From Octopus vulgaris (lineage: Eukaryota), in NCBI GenBank assembly GCA_951406725.2, contig OX597826.1, forward strand, positions 13,702,001 to 13,766,000: DNA of 64,000 nt. Direction: 5' to 3'. This document shows, piece by piece, positions 1-16,056 of this stretch. Within the stretch, counting starts at the first letter, position 1; every line of letters begins with the position of its first letter. Under the pieces are notes generated by a model. The model was not told the DNA's origin. It was given only the letters and a program-made list of their open reading frames with translations, and did not search any database. The position numbers were made by a program, and so were the translations under genes.

Positions 1-329
1 GAGAAAGACATCTTACGAAGGGTAGGACTAAGACAATTGATGTCAGACATTGTGCTGTTCGTCCAAGCTCTGATAAGCTTTGTTAAATACCACTTCGGAA
101 CGGAGACGGAAGCTCTTCTCTTCAGTAAATTTATTGAAAGGTAAATGAAAACAGGGAGCTTGTTGGGGCCTGATAAGTTCAGTCTCAGTTTTTGCGTGTT
201 ATTTCCTAAGTTTCAGTTTCGAAAGGCATTTAGGGATTTTCAAGGTACCCAGTTTCCTTGAACTAACTGTCCCCCTTTGAGCCATAAGTATCTTATATTT
301 TTTTATTTCAATATTTTCTTTTACTCTCT

Positions 330-585
330 AACTTGTTTCAGTTATGTGACTGTAGCCATGCTGGAGCACCGCCTTTAGTCGAGCAAATCGACCCCAGGCA
401 TTATTCTTTGTAAGCCTAGTACTTATTCTACCGAACCCTTTTGCCGAACCGCGGGAACGTAAACACACCAGCATCGGTTGTCAAGCGACATTGGGAGAGG
501 GAAACAAACACAAACACACAAACATATACACACACATACATATATATACAAATATACGGAACCATGTAGTTGGTAAGCAAGCTAC
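330..585 (-). mobile_element. tRNA-derived octopus-type SINE (internally deleted copy)
   Basis: Carries the family motifs gctggagcaccgcctttagtcgagc and gccgaaccgc...acaccagcatcggttgtcaagcg, which recur more than 10 times in the window. Confidence 0.8.
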
Positions 586-719
586 TTTATTTCAATCGCA
601 TATTACCACCACCCACAACAACAACAACTTAACGAGAAGCAATAACGACAGTGGTAACAACGATACAATTAATAGTAACATTAGCAGCAGCTGCGTAGTA
701 GATGAGATATCAATTCTAT

Positions 720-865
720 AGAACGTACCAATACTTAATTTACTGACTCAGAGAGGACGAAAGGCGAAGTCAAATTCGGTGAAATTTGAACTGAAAACGT
801 AGTGACGGGCGAAATACCGCTAAGCATTTCATCCAGTGTGCTAACGATTCTACCAGCTAACGTAC

Positions 866-951
<86 letters not shown>

Positions 952-1165
952 CCTTTCTACTATAGGCACAAGGACTGGAGTTTTGTGGGGAGAGGGGCAA
1001 TCGATCACATCGATCACATGGACCCCAATACTTGATGGTACTTAATTTATCGAAATAGATGAAAGGCAAAGTCAACCTCGGCGGAATTTGAACGCAAAAC
1101 GTAGCAACAGACGAAATACGCTAAGCATTTCGTCCAGTGTGCTAACGATTCTTCCACCTCACCTC
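720..1165 (-). mobile_element. Two copies of a second SINE family separated by (AAT)n 867-951
   Basis: Both contain the reverse complement of cagaatcgttagcac...gaaatgcttagcggtatttcg...ttcaaattccgccgagg, as at 30220-30360 and 41293-41660. Confidence 0.75.
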
Positions 1166-1198
1166 CTTTATAATAATAATTATAATAATAATAATAAT

Positions 1199-1275
<77 letters not shown>

Positions 1276-1291
1276 TAATAATAATAATATC

Positions 1292-1347
<56 letters not shown>

Positions 1348-1349
<2 letters not shown>

Positions 1350-4300
1350 CAACAATGCCCAATAATATAAACACTGAAACAGTAAAACACGAAGACAGAC
1401 GTAACATTCCCAACAAACACGATGTAAACAAAAAACAACAAACCCAGACCGTAAGGATGCATAATAATACACGACAAACAGCAAGCCAAAACACGGCAAA
1501 CAAACATAGAGATAAGAAAGAAAGCGACACAAATCTAAAACCTGGAAACAACGAAGGGGAGCCTAATGATTATGATAATATAAAAAGTAAAATAATCAAA
1601 ATGATCCACCGACCATACCTCCCAAAAATCCCATACCTCCCAAAAATCAAAATAGACGAAACAACACCAATTATAAACAGCATAAACCTAGCCGTCACGG
1701 AACTAATAGCCACTGAAACAAAAAGCGATATCACTGAGCTAAATGCCTTAGTATACGCAGCAGCCACTGCAGCTACAAAAGAAGCTAGATACTCACTAAA
1801 ACCCATCCAAACAGGAGTACCACCACCCAAACAAACCCTGTGGATAAATAACATCCAAAATAAAATACAAAAAATGAGAAAAGATCTGTCGATTCTTAAT
1901 GAATTCAGTAGACAATCAACGCTACTGAGCAACAAAAAGAAAACAAAAATACTCCGCAAATATAACATCACAGAAAAAGATTTACCTGAGATAAAAGAAA
2001 AGCTGAAGCAAGATATGCTTGCTGAAGCAAGATATCCTTGCTGAAGCAAGATATCCTTGCCAAAGCACAAAGGATCCGCCGGTACGAGAAACACCAGCGC
2101 TTCTTTGAACAAAACAAAAAGTTCAACTCCAACCCCAAAAAGTTCTACCAAGAACATCACTGCAGCACCAACGGCAGAAGAAGTGGAAAAATTCTGGAGA
2201 GAAATATGGTCGGCGAACGAACAACCAAAAAAAAAAAGGAATATCAAAACAACAAACTCAGCATCTGAGTAACATAACAACTGAAGAGGTTACCAAGGCA
2301 TTGCAAAGACTAAGCAACTGGAAGGCACCTGGGCATGACAAGATCCTCAACTTCTGGTTAAATATCTAACAGCAATGCACAAAAAGCTGGCTGAAAACTT
2401 TAACAGCATACTAGCAGAGCCAGAGACAATGCCTGAATGGCTCACGAAGGTGAAAACCATATTAATTCCCAAATCAAATGAGACAGCAAAACCAGAAAAC
2501 TACAGACCAATAACCTGTCTCCCTACTTTGTACAAGGCATTTACTGCAGTGATATCGCAAAGGTTGAACAAGAACCTGGACGAAAACAACCTGTTTCCAG
2601 AAGAGCAGAAAGGATGCCGCAAAGGCTCATATGGCTGTAAATATCAACTAATGATTAATAAAGCCATAACTGAAGACAGCCACAGAAAGAAGAAAGGCCT
2701 CAGTATGGCCCGGATCGACTACAAAAAGGCGTTTCATAGCATCCCCCATACATGGATACTCGAAACACTAGCCATTAACAAATTAGCACCCACAATTATA
2801 AAATTCATAGGGCACTCTATGAATAAATGGCAAACAGTCCTACACCTCCAAACAAAATAGGGACTCATGAAAACCAAAGCCATCCCCATTAGAAGAGGAA
2901 TATTCCAGGGAGACACGCTCTCTCCACTCCTTTTCTGCTTGGCACTGTCACATCTATCTGATATGCTAGATAGAACTGGATGCGGATATAAATGTTACGG
3001 CAAAACGATCAGCCACCTTTTATCTATGGATGACCTAAAACTATACGCTGCAAATGACAAACAGCTGGAAACACTATTAAAGACAGTTCATGGATTTACC
3101 AAAGAAATAGATATGAAATTTGGATTAGAAAAATGCGCCAAAGTAACCATGAAAAGAGGAAAACTAGTTAAGAGTAGCAACATCACACTAGATAAAACCA
3201 ATGAAATAAAAGAATTAGACCAAAGCCAAACTTACAAATACTTAGGAATCCATGAACTAGATAAGACACAACACACACAAATGAAAGAGAAAATAAAAAA
3301 AGGATATTATAGACGAGTTAGATCAATACTAAAAACAGAGCTCAATGCTAAAAACAAGATAATAGGTATTAACACTTTAGCTGTCCCAGTTATAAGTTAC
3401 AGCTACAATATCCTTAACTGGACACTAAATAAACTGACCAAAATAGATAGGAAAACAAGAAAAATAATGACAGGGTCTAGGATGCATCACCCAAAATCTG
3501 ACATAGAAAGACTATATATACAACGTATAGAAGGTGGTAGAGGCCTTATACAGCTGGACTACTATAAAATGACCACCATAGGACTGCAAAAATATCTACT
3601 TCAGAAGGAAGGAAAACTGATACAAATAGCGGCAAAACACGAGCAAAACAAAAAACTGTTCTCAGTATTTAAGGAGGCTGACAAATACGAACAAGAAATC
3701 ATACCACCTAATAAATATGAAGAAGAAGAAGAAGAAGAAGAAGAAGAAGAAGAAGAAGAAGAAGAAGAAGAAGAAGAAGAAGAAGAAGAAGAAGAAGAAG
3801 AAGAAGAAGAAGAAGAAGGTGAAGAAACAACAAAAGCTATAAAATAAATGAAATCCAAACTAAAAATAGAACAGCGACGAACCATGATAAAACGATGGCA
3901 AGAAAAGCCCCTTCATGGTAAACACTGGACTAAACTAAACGCAAAAGAAATAGACAAAGAAAAATCCCAGCAATGGATGAGAAGCTAAGGACTCAAAGCA
4001 GACACAGAGGGATTTTTAATTGCAGCACAAGACCAAAGCCTCCCCACCAGGAATTACCAAAAACATGTAATGAAAAGAAACATACAAGTAACTGCAGAAT
4101 ACAGGGAGATGGATAAGAAACAATAAATCATATTATCTCTAGCTGCCCAGTCCTGGCTAAGAAGGAATATATTCACAGACATGACAGAGTTGGAAACTAC
4201 ATACACTGGAAGCTATGCCAACATTATGGAATAACAACAGAAAAAATATGGTATATGCACACACCAGAAAAGGTCACAGAAAACGAGAAAGCAACCATAC

Positions 4301-4665
4301 TCTGGGATATGCCGATACACACAGATAGAGAAATTAAGGCCAACAGACCAGATATAGTTGTCAGAGATCATGAAGAAAAAGAGGTAACCAGAATGTGTAA
4401 TCTAAAAACAGAAACAATTCCTATCATAGTAGGTGCATTAGGCATGATAAAAAAATATTCAGACAAATACATTACAAAAACACCAGGACTTACAAACACA
4501 TATAACATACAGAAAATTGCACTACTAGGCACTGCACACATCCTACGCAGAACACTTTCTATACAATAACCATCAGAGCATCACAACAAATCACAGAACA
4601 TACCTAAGGTACACAGAGCTGCACTCGGTAGTGAAGTGAAAGCACGCTATAAAAATAAAACTACC
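1348..4665 (+). mobile_element. Near full-length, disabled R4/Dong-like non-LTR retrotransposon (RT, CCHC knuckle remnant, restriction-like endonuclease), flanked by (AAT)n
   Basis: RT motifs NYRPITCL, EQKG, IDYKKAF, GIFQGDTLSPLLF, MDDLKLY, YKYLG; C-terminal ILWDMPIHTDREIKANRPDIVV and PIIVGALG (RLE). Disabled by a TAG at 2858, frameshifts, a triplicated 19-mer at ~2002-2060 and a deletion at ~4380. Confidence 0.9.
3719..3817 (+). repeat. (GAA)n microsatellite expanded in frame inside the LINE ORF (poly-Glu)
   Basis: About 33 GAA units; poly-E in ORF 2867-3847. Confidence 0.95.
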
Positions 4666-4932
<267 letters not shown>

Positions 4933-5511
4933 AAATGTCCTAATGCAGTACCAGGCAGTGGCTATGCCCTGATGCAGTGGCTCTCATGACTTCTGATCTT
5001 AACTGATTGGAAGTGTTATCATGTACATTGTTTTGTCTTGGTATCAAAGATGGGATACAGCAAATATTCTGCTCAATAACTCAGATTTGCTTGTCTGTTG
5101 TTTGACCTTAACTAGTTAAGCATGTCCCTTAGTGGCTGACAATATGTGCATCTCTGATCACAAGCAAAAGTAGTGGGGGAGCATCATAGCCGTGTGTTGA
5201 AAGGAATTCTTAGAGGTTCGGATAGTTCATCTTTGGAAACATGGGTGGTTTGTTCAATATACTTAAATAATCCTTAATCAGGGCCCTTTTGAGCGGGATG
5301 TGATACTCGAGCAGAATAAAATTCTAGCTGGGCCCCACCTGCAAGGTCATGCTTTGTTTATCTTGATATGAGACCACCATGTCGAGCACATATGGTTGTG
5401 ATGCATGGGCCTAGTGTACCCTTATCAGACGGGTAGTCATGATGGGTATACTGGGCTTCGTATATTTTACCCCAGTGTCACTTTGATGGTATGCACTGTT
5501 CTCTCACTCAA
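4933..5511. repeat. Unclassified ~580 bp non-coding element embedded in (AAT)n/(AAC)n
   Basis: Bounded on both sides by microsatellite, no convincing ORF, mirrored at 29222-30118. Confidence 0.6.
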
Positions 5512-5546
5512 CAACAACAACAATAATAATAATAATAATAATAATA

Positions 5547-6722
5547 GGATGCTAAAACTTGTTGAAAAACATGAAAGACCGAAAAGACTTCACTCTATTC
5601 TGAAAAAGGGCAAAAAATTCGCTACGGATATCTACCAGATCTTAGATATCTACCAGATATCTACCGGATATCTACCATATCTTAGATATCTACCAGATCG
5701 ATCAAGCTGAATGAAATGCTCCAACTGCCGCTGCAAAGAAAATAAAATTGATTGCAAAGACAAAAGCGCATGAAAAATTAGCTAGCAGATGGGAACAGAA
5801 ACCTCTGCATTGCAAGTATGTGGCCCTTAGCAAACGAGCTGATGTCGACCTGAAACACACGCACCAATGGTTGCGAAGCTCAGGGCTAAAAGCGGAGAGT
5901 GAACGTTTCATATTAGCTGCTCAAGACCAATGCTTATTAACCCGGAACTACCAAGCCAATGTGATAAAAAGTGGAGCTGACCTAAAATGCCGATTCTGTA
6001 ACGACGATGTTGAAACAATAGACCACCTAATCTCAGGGTGTAGAGTCTTAGCACCTGTAGAATATAAAGCAAGACCTGACAGAGTCGGCCAGTATTTGCA
6101 CTGGACGATATGTCGGCATTATAAAATCAAAACCGCTGACAAATGGTATAAACACCATCCTGAAGCTGTGACTGAGGGAGAAAATGTGTCGATTCTGCGG
6201 GATTTTCCCGTACATACCGACAGAAATATAAAAGCTAAAAGACTGGATATCATCATAAAAGATCAGACAAAAAGGGTGTGTTTGTTAATTGACATGAGTA
6301 TTCCTTGCGATCACAATATAGTAGCAAAAGAATTTGACAAGATTAGTAAATATAAGGACTTGCTAATGGAAATAGAAAACATGGGGCATCTCAGGTCGAC
6401 TACAGTACCAGTGATTGTAGGATCTCTGGGAATGATAAAAGAAAAAGTACTGAAACCTTTTTGAAAATGATACCAGGCTTACCATCCCTACAGGAAGTGC
6501 AAAAGTTCGTGTTGACAGGAACGGCTCTTGTACTGAGAAGAGCATTATCGATGTGAAAACAACTTCCATTCATGGATTTATTTATTCATTAATGTTTAAA
6601 ATACATATTTTATCTGTGAATTTGCGTGTGTAATCTGGGAAGGCATACAATGAGCTTCTCTGCCCTAGGTGTACGGAAAACACTCGGCGAGAAACGGAAG
6701 AAAATTTTAAGAAAGAAGGTAA
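5547..6722 (+). mobile_element. 5'-truncated R4/Dong-like LINE (second family), 3' region
   Basis: AAQDQCLLTRNY, CRFC-x8-HLISGC zinc knuckle, LLIDMSIP, KISKYKDL, PVIVGSLG; followed by (AAT)n. Confidence 0.88.
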
Positions 6723-6869
<147 letters not shown>

Positions 6870-6894
6870 TAAGTTGCTATAGTGGTTGTTGTTA

Positions 6895-8235
<1,341 letters not shown>

Positions 8236-8357
8236 AAAATAATAATAGTAATAGATGTGCTATAGAAATATTTGCAGATTTTTAATGTAGCATTACTAAA
8301 ATTAAAAGACAAGTAAATACAAAATAGACAAAATGCAAATAAAGTATTTTTTCTCAC

Positions 8358-8660
8358 CGGATTCCATGTCTTAATTAAACTAAATACAGAGTTGGCATTG
8401 TTTTCAAAATCTGTTGCCCAATGACTGTGAAGAATACACTTTTTTTCCTTTGAATTGTAAGAGAAGCTTCCACATAATTTTCTATAAAAACAAAGCTTGG
8501 CACATTCTGTAATGTTGGAGCTATGTAAAGTCGCAAATCTACCATCTCCTACACGCCCTTTACGATAAATCCCGTCACATTTGGTGTCATCTTTTGAGTA
8601 AACTAATAAGCCGTTATAATATAACAGTAAGAGTAGAAACATCAAAAGTGCTGTATTCAT
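8358..8660 (-). CDS. First coding exon (signal peptide + PAN/apple domain) of the left paralog; later exons expected beyond the window start
   Basis: ATG at 8660; hydrophobic leader MNTALLMFLLLLLYYNGLLVYS; PAN pattern ECAKLCFYRKLCGSFSYNSKEKKCILH; phase-0 donor CCG|GTGAGA at 8357. Confidence 0.8.
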
Positions 8661-8766
8661 GATGATCGGAGAAAACAAGAAAGCAGCGTTATGGTTGATG
8701 GATATCTATTCTATGTTCATTTGTTGGTGAAAACAAGACGCTATTCGTATGAGGAGAAGGAACAGC

Positions 8767-8811
<45 letters not shown>

Positions 8812-9371
8812 CGCAAACACATATTCATACATATACATACATACATGTGTGCAAGTGAGTGAGTGCGTGCGTTGTGTATGAATATGTATTTATATATGTG
8901 CACATGCATATGTGTGCATGCGTGTGTATATATTGTGTGCGTGTATTTGCATATACGTACAAAAGATGCAAACCTACATACGTGCCTGAGCGTGTATATG
9001 TAAATAAAATATATCAATATCAATTGAAGAAGATGTGCATATTGCAGAAGAATAAAGAAGGGAATCGATTTGCGCTCTAATGCACAGGTGTAGATATTTG
9101 TTATTTGTGTTTACATTTTTGCTACTGCATTGTTTTTGTAAGCAGGAAATCGGAAATAAATATGTATTATTGAAACGCAAATCTGTGTACATCAAAGCGG
9201 CTCAGTATTTGTGTATGCTGTATTTCAGTGTGGATGGATATGTCCTTGTGTATGGGTTTACCAGCTGTCTTATGTTCAAAATATTTGAACAAACAACCTG
9301 ACTTCAATTAGAATAGTTTAAAAAAGGTTATATCTTTATAGGCAAATTGATTAATACACATCAGGTTCTGT

Positions 9372-9713
9372 CGTCGGTCTGAGACCCCCTTCGGTCATGA
9401 CTGACCATGGGACTGCAGCTGGAAAGTTACCCTCCCAGGCACAAGTCCGGGCAAGGTTGTTTATTGAAGACCAGCAGTCGCCCATGCATACCAACCGCCC
9501 TCTCCACGCCACCGGTGTTATCTAAGGGAAAGGCAAAGGGGCCGATACAGCTTGGCACCAGTGACGTTGCAACTAATTTCTACAGCTGAGTGAACTGGAG
9601 CAACGTGAAATAAAGTGTCTTGCTCAAGAACACAACGGCTAGCCCGGTCCGGGGTTCGAGCTCACAACCTCACGATCGTAAGCTCGACGCTCTAACCACT
9701 GAGCCATGAGCCT
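9372..9713 (-). mobile_element. tRNA-derived SINE (third family) with RTE-like 3' end
   Basis: Minus strand starts ggctcatggctcagtggttagagcg...gagctcgaacccc (A/B-box-like) and ends ccatggtcagtcatgaccgaagg; 5'-truncated copy at 23663-23898(+). Confidence 0.75.
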
Positions 9714-9714
9714 T

Positions 9715-9852
9715 CACTTGTCATCAGTACAAATGGTTATATCTATGGCTTCAAATGGAGAATATTTTGAAGGTGACAAATGTAAACAAGTAAAAATAAG
9801 CCAATAAAATAATATTGCAAAATTCTGGTTTCTTTTGGGTACCGCCTCGTAT
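9715..9852. mobile_element. Mariner terminal fragment
   Basis: Ends ttttgggtaccgcctcgTA, resembling the TIR plus TA of the mariner at 31729-32577 (tttgataccacctcgTA). Confidence 0.55.
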
Positions 9853-10483
9853 ACATACATACATACATACATACATACATACATACATACATACATACAT
9901 ACATACATACATACATACATACATACATACATACATACATACATACATACATACATACATACATACATACATACATACATACATACATACATACATACAT
10001 ACATACATACATACATACATACATACATACATACATACATACATACATACATACATACATACATACATACATACATACATACATACATACATACATACAT
10101 ACATACATACATACATACATACATACATACATACATACATACATACATACATACATACATACATACATACATACATACATACATACATACATACATACAT
10201 ACATACATACATACATACATACATACATACATACATACATACATACATACATACATACATACATACATACATACATACATACATACATACATACATACAT
10301 ACATACATACATACATACATACATACATACATACATACATACATACATACATACATACATACATACATACATACATACATACATACATACATACATACAT
10401 ACATACATACATACATACATACATACATACATACATACATACATACATACATACATACATACATACATACATACATACATACA

Positions 10484-10516
<33 letters not shown>

Positions 10517-10549
10517 TAATACATTCATACATACATACATATACATACA

Positions 10550-10582
<33 letters not shown>

Positions 10583-10633
10583 TAATACATACATACATAC
10601 ATACACACATACATACATACATACATACATACA

Positions 10634-10665
<32 letters not shown>

Positions 10666-10699
10666 CATACATACATACATACATACATACATACATACA

Positions 10700-10733
<34 letters not shown>

Positions 10734-12153
10734 CATACATACATACATACATACATACATACATACATACATACATACATACATACATACATACATACAT
10801 ACATACATACATACATACATTAATACATACATACATACATACATACATACATACATACATACATACATACATACACATACATACATACATACATACATAC
10901 ATACATACACACATACATACATACATACATACATACATACATACATACATACATACATACATACATACATACATACATACATACATACATACATACATAC
11001 ATACACACATACATACATACATACATACATACATACACACATACATACATACATACATACATACATACATAATACATACATACATACATACATACATACA
11101 TACATACACACATACATACATACATACATACATACATACATACATACATACATACATAATACATACATACATACATACATACATACATACATACATACAT
11201 ACATACACACATACATACATACATACATACATACATACATACATACACACATGCATACATACATACATACATACATACATTAATACATACATACATACAT
11301 ACATACATACATTAATACATACATACATACATACATACATACATACATACATACATACATACATACATACACACATACATACATACATACATACATACAT
11401 ACATACATACATTAATACATGCATACATACATACATACATACATACATACACACATACATACATACATACATACATACATACATTAATACATACATACAT
11501 ACATACATACATACATACATACATACATACATACATACATACATACATACATACATACATACATACATGTATGCATACATACATACATACATACATACAT
11601 ACATACATACATGCATGCATACATACATACATACATACATACATACATACATACATACATACATACATACATACATACATACATACATGCATGCATGCAT
11701 ACATACATACATACATACATACATACATACATACATAAATACATACATACATACATGCATGCATACATACATACATACATACATACATACATACATACAT
11801 ACATACATACATACATACATACATACATACATACATACATACATGCATGCATGCATACATACATACATACATACATACATACATACATACATACATGCAT
11901 GCATACATACATACATACATACATACATACATACATACATACATACATACATACATTCATACATACATACATTCATACATACATACATATATTAATACAT
12001 TCATACATATATACATACATACATTCATACATACATTCCTACATACATACATACATACGTACGAACGTACGTACGTACATACATACATACATGCATACAT
12101 GCATACATGCATGCATACATACATACATACATACATACATTCATACATACATT

Positions 12154-12184
<31 letters not shown>

Positions 12185-12263
12185 TAATACATTCATACAT
12201 ATATACATACATTCATACATACATTCATACATTCATACATACATACATGCATACATACATACA

Positions 12264-12296
<33 letters not shown>

Positions 12297-13756
12297 TAAT
12301 ACATTCATACATATATACATACATACATTCATACATACATTCATACATACATACATACATACATACATACATACGTACGTACATACATACATACATGCAT
12401 ACATACATACATACATACATTCATACATACATACATACATACATACGTACGTACGTACCTACATACATACATTCATACATACATACATTCATACATACAT
12501 ACATACATACATACATACATACATACATACATACATGCATGCATACATACATACATACATACATACATACATACATACATACATACATACATACATACAT
12601 ACATGCATACATACATACATACATACATACATACATACATAGATACATACATACATACATACCTACATACATTCATACATACATACATATATTAATACAT
12701 TCATACATATATACATACATACATTCATACATACATTCATACATACATACATTCATACATACATTCATACATACATACATACATACATACATACATACAT
12801 GCATGCATACATACATACATACATACATACATACATACATTCATACATACATACATACATACATACATACATACATACATACATACATACATTCATACAT
12901 ACATTCATACATACATACATTCATATATACATACATATATTAATACATGCTTACATACATACATGCATACATATATACATACATGCATACATACATACAT
13001 ACATACATACATACATACATAATACATACATTCATGCATACATACATACATACATACATACATACATAATACATACATACATTCATACATTCATACATAC
13101 ATACATTCATACATACATACATACATACATACATACATACATACATGCATGCATGCATACATACATACATACATACATACATACATACATACATGCATGC
13201 ATACATACATACATACATACATACATACATACATACATACATACATACATACATACATACATACATACATACATACATACATGCATGCATGCATACATAA
13301 ATACATACATACATACATACATACATACATACATACATACATGCATGCATACATACATACATACATACATACATACATACATACATACATACATACATAC
13401 ATACATGCATGCCTACATACATACATACATACATACATACATACATACATACATTCATACATACATACATTCATACATACATACATATATTAATACATTC
13501 ATACATATATACATACATACATTCATACATACATTCATACATACATACATACATACATACGTACGAACGTACGTACGTACATACATACATACATGCATAC
13601 ATGCATACATGCATGCATACATACATACATACATAATACATTCATACATACATTCATACATACATACATACATACATATATTAATACATTCATACATATA
13701 TACATACATTCATACATACATTCATACATTCATACATACATACATACATGCATACA

Positions 13757-13789
<33 letters not shown>

Positions 13790-14813
13790 TAATACATTCA
13801 TACATATATACATACATACATTCATACATACATTCATACATACATACATACATACATACATACATACATACATACATACGTACGTACGTACGTACATACA
13901 TACATACATGCATACATACATACATACATACATTCATACATACATACATACATACGTACGTACGTACCTACATACATACATTCATACATACATTCATACA
14001 TACATACATACATACATACATACATACATGCATGCATACATACATACATACATACATACATACATACATACATACATACATACATACATGGATACATGCA
14101 TACATACATACATACATACATACATACATACATACATACATACATACCTACATACATTCATACATACATACATATATTAATACATTCATACATATATACA
14201 TACATACATTCATACATACATTCATACATACATACATTCATACATACATTCATACATACATACATACATACATACATACATGCATGCATACATACATCCA
14301 TACATACATACATACATACATACATTCATACATACATACATACATACATACATACATACATACATACATACATTCATACATACATTCATACATACATACA
14401 TTCATACATACGTACATATATTAATACATGCTTACATACATACTTGCATACATATATACATACATGCATACATACATACATACATACATACATACATAAT
14501 ACATACATTCATGCATACATACATACATACATACATACATAATACATACATACATTCATACATTCATACATACATACATTCATACATACATACATACATA
14601 CATTCATACATTCATACATACATACATACATACATACATACATACATACATACATACATACATTCATACATACATACATTCATACATACATACATTCATA
14701 CATACATACATATATTAATACATGCTTACATACATACATGCATACATATATACATACATGCATACATACATACATACATACATACATAATACATACATAC
14801 ATTCATACATACA

Positions 14814-14846
<33 letters not shown>

Positions 14847-14861
14847 TAATACATTCATACA

Positions 14862-14895
<34 letters not shown>

Positions 14896-14940
14896 CATAC
14901 ATACATACATACATATATACATATGCACGTACGTACGTAC
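9851..14940. repeat. ~5.1 kb (ACAT)n compound microsatellite array
   Basis: Directly visible; perfect for the first ~660 bp, then variant units (GCAT, TCAT, ACGT, ATTAAT). Confidence 0.98.
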
Positions 14941-15589
14941 ATATGTATGCATGTATGTATGTATGTAATGTAAGTACTTATTAAAAATATATCTACTGTA
15001 TGTTTATGCATATACAAAGCATGTATATGAACAGTATGCATGCTCGTGTTATACAATATAATGAATTTAGTCTCAAAGCAGTGAACTCATGCTTTTAATT
15101 TATCAAACGTTCTCTTGTTAAAGGACATCCCAAGGATGGAATGTTAATTTAAGCGTCATCAGACATAGTTTAACGAAAGTGTATAGTTTGAGCTCTGTTT
15201 TACTGGAGATTTGTAAACGTTAACATCTAGTTTACGAGTTTCAGAGATGATGCGAAAGACGAGGAGGGGAAAAATAAATTCAGATCAAAATCCAGGGATT
15301 AAAAGTACTGAAAATTGGAAGCTCATCCTTAAGCTCATCAGAATCCTGTCCCTTAGGTTAGTCGTTATTATCATTGCACATTAGCATTTAAATGGCAACA
15401 CTCCGGTTCAAATCTTATTGTATTTGAGACTGTGAAGCAAAGAGCGGTAAAGTGTTTGTTAGAGAGAGAGAAAGAGAGAGGGGGGAAAGTGAGAGAGAGA
15501 GGGTGAGTGAATGAGAGAGAGAGATTGAGAAAGACAGGGACATACGGACAATGGCGTGTCTCTTTAAAACGTAAAGTAAGGCTAATCTA

Positions 15590-16056
15590 CGGATTAAAGT
15601 AGTAGAAAGAGCTGGTACTCCTATAAAATCCCTGATCTTTAGAACTTATTCCTTTGATAAGTCCCCATGTAGGGAGAACATCTGTGGTGTATGTAGGATC
15701 CACCCACGGATTAATTTGTAAATTCAGGGATATAATGTATAGTTTACCATGTACTGAGGGACGGTGCAGAGACATGACAACTATATATATTGGAGAGACT
15801 GCACGTAGCAAAGGGGAGCGAATAGGTGGGCACTGGCGAAACCTCAAAGAAGAGAAAGGCTCGCCAGTGCTCTACAAATATGCTCAAGCAGAACATGGAG
15901 GCTCCGTTAATAGCATTGAGGCAAAGTATCATCGACGCATAGAGCTGGCACAACACTTAGATCACAGAGGTTACACACATAGCAGTAGACAGACCGAGCC
16001 TCAATAGAAAGCACGAATGGAACAATAACAGCCAACACCACACCACACGACTAAAG
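15590..16056 (+). mobile_element. Penelope-like element remnant (GIY-YIG endonuclease region)
   Basis: IMYSLPC...IYIGETARSKGERIGGH in ORF 15654-16007. Confidence 0.75.

Noticed and set aside
802-1551. Poly-N/I/L/Y ORFs (also 4636-4989, 26559-27383, 43476-44414)
   Set aside because: Translations of (AAT)n-type microsatellites.
1348-4569. RT as an active or domesticated gene
   Set aside because: It has stops, frameshifts and a deletion in the endonuclease relative to the 42679-43306 copy.
9714-14973. Long MYVC/IHTY repeat ORFs (also 47530-48741)
   Set aside because: Translations of the stop-free (ACAT)n tetranucleotide.
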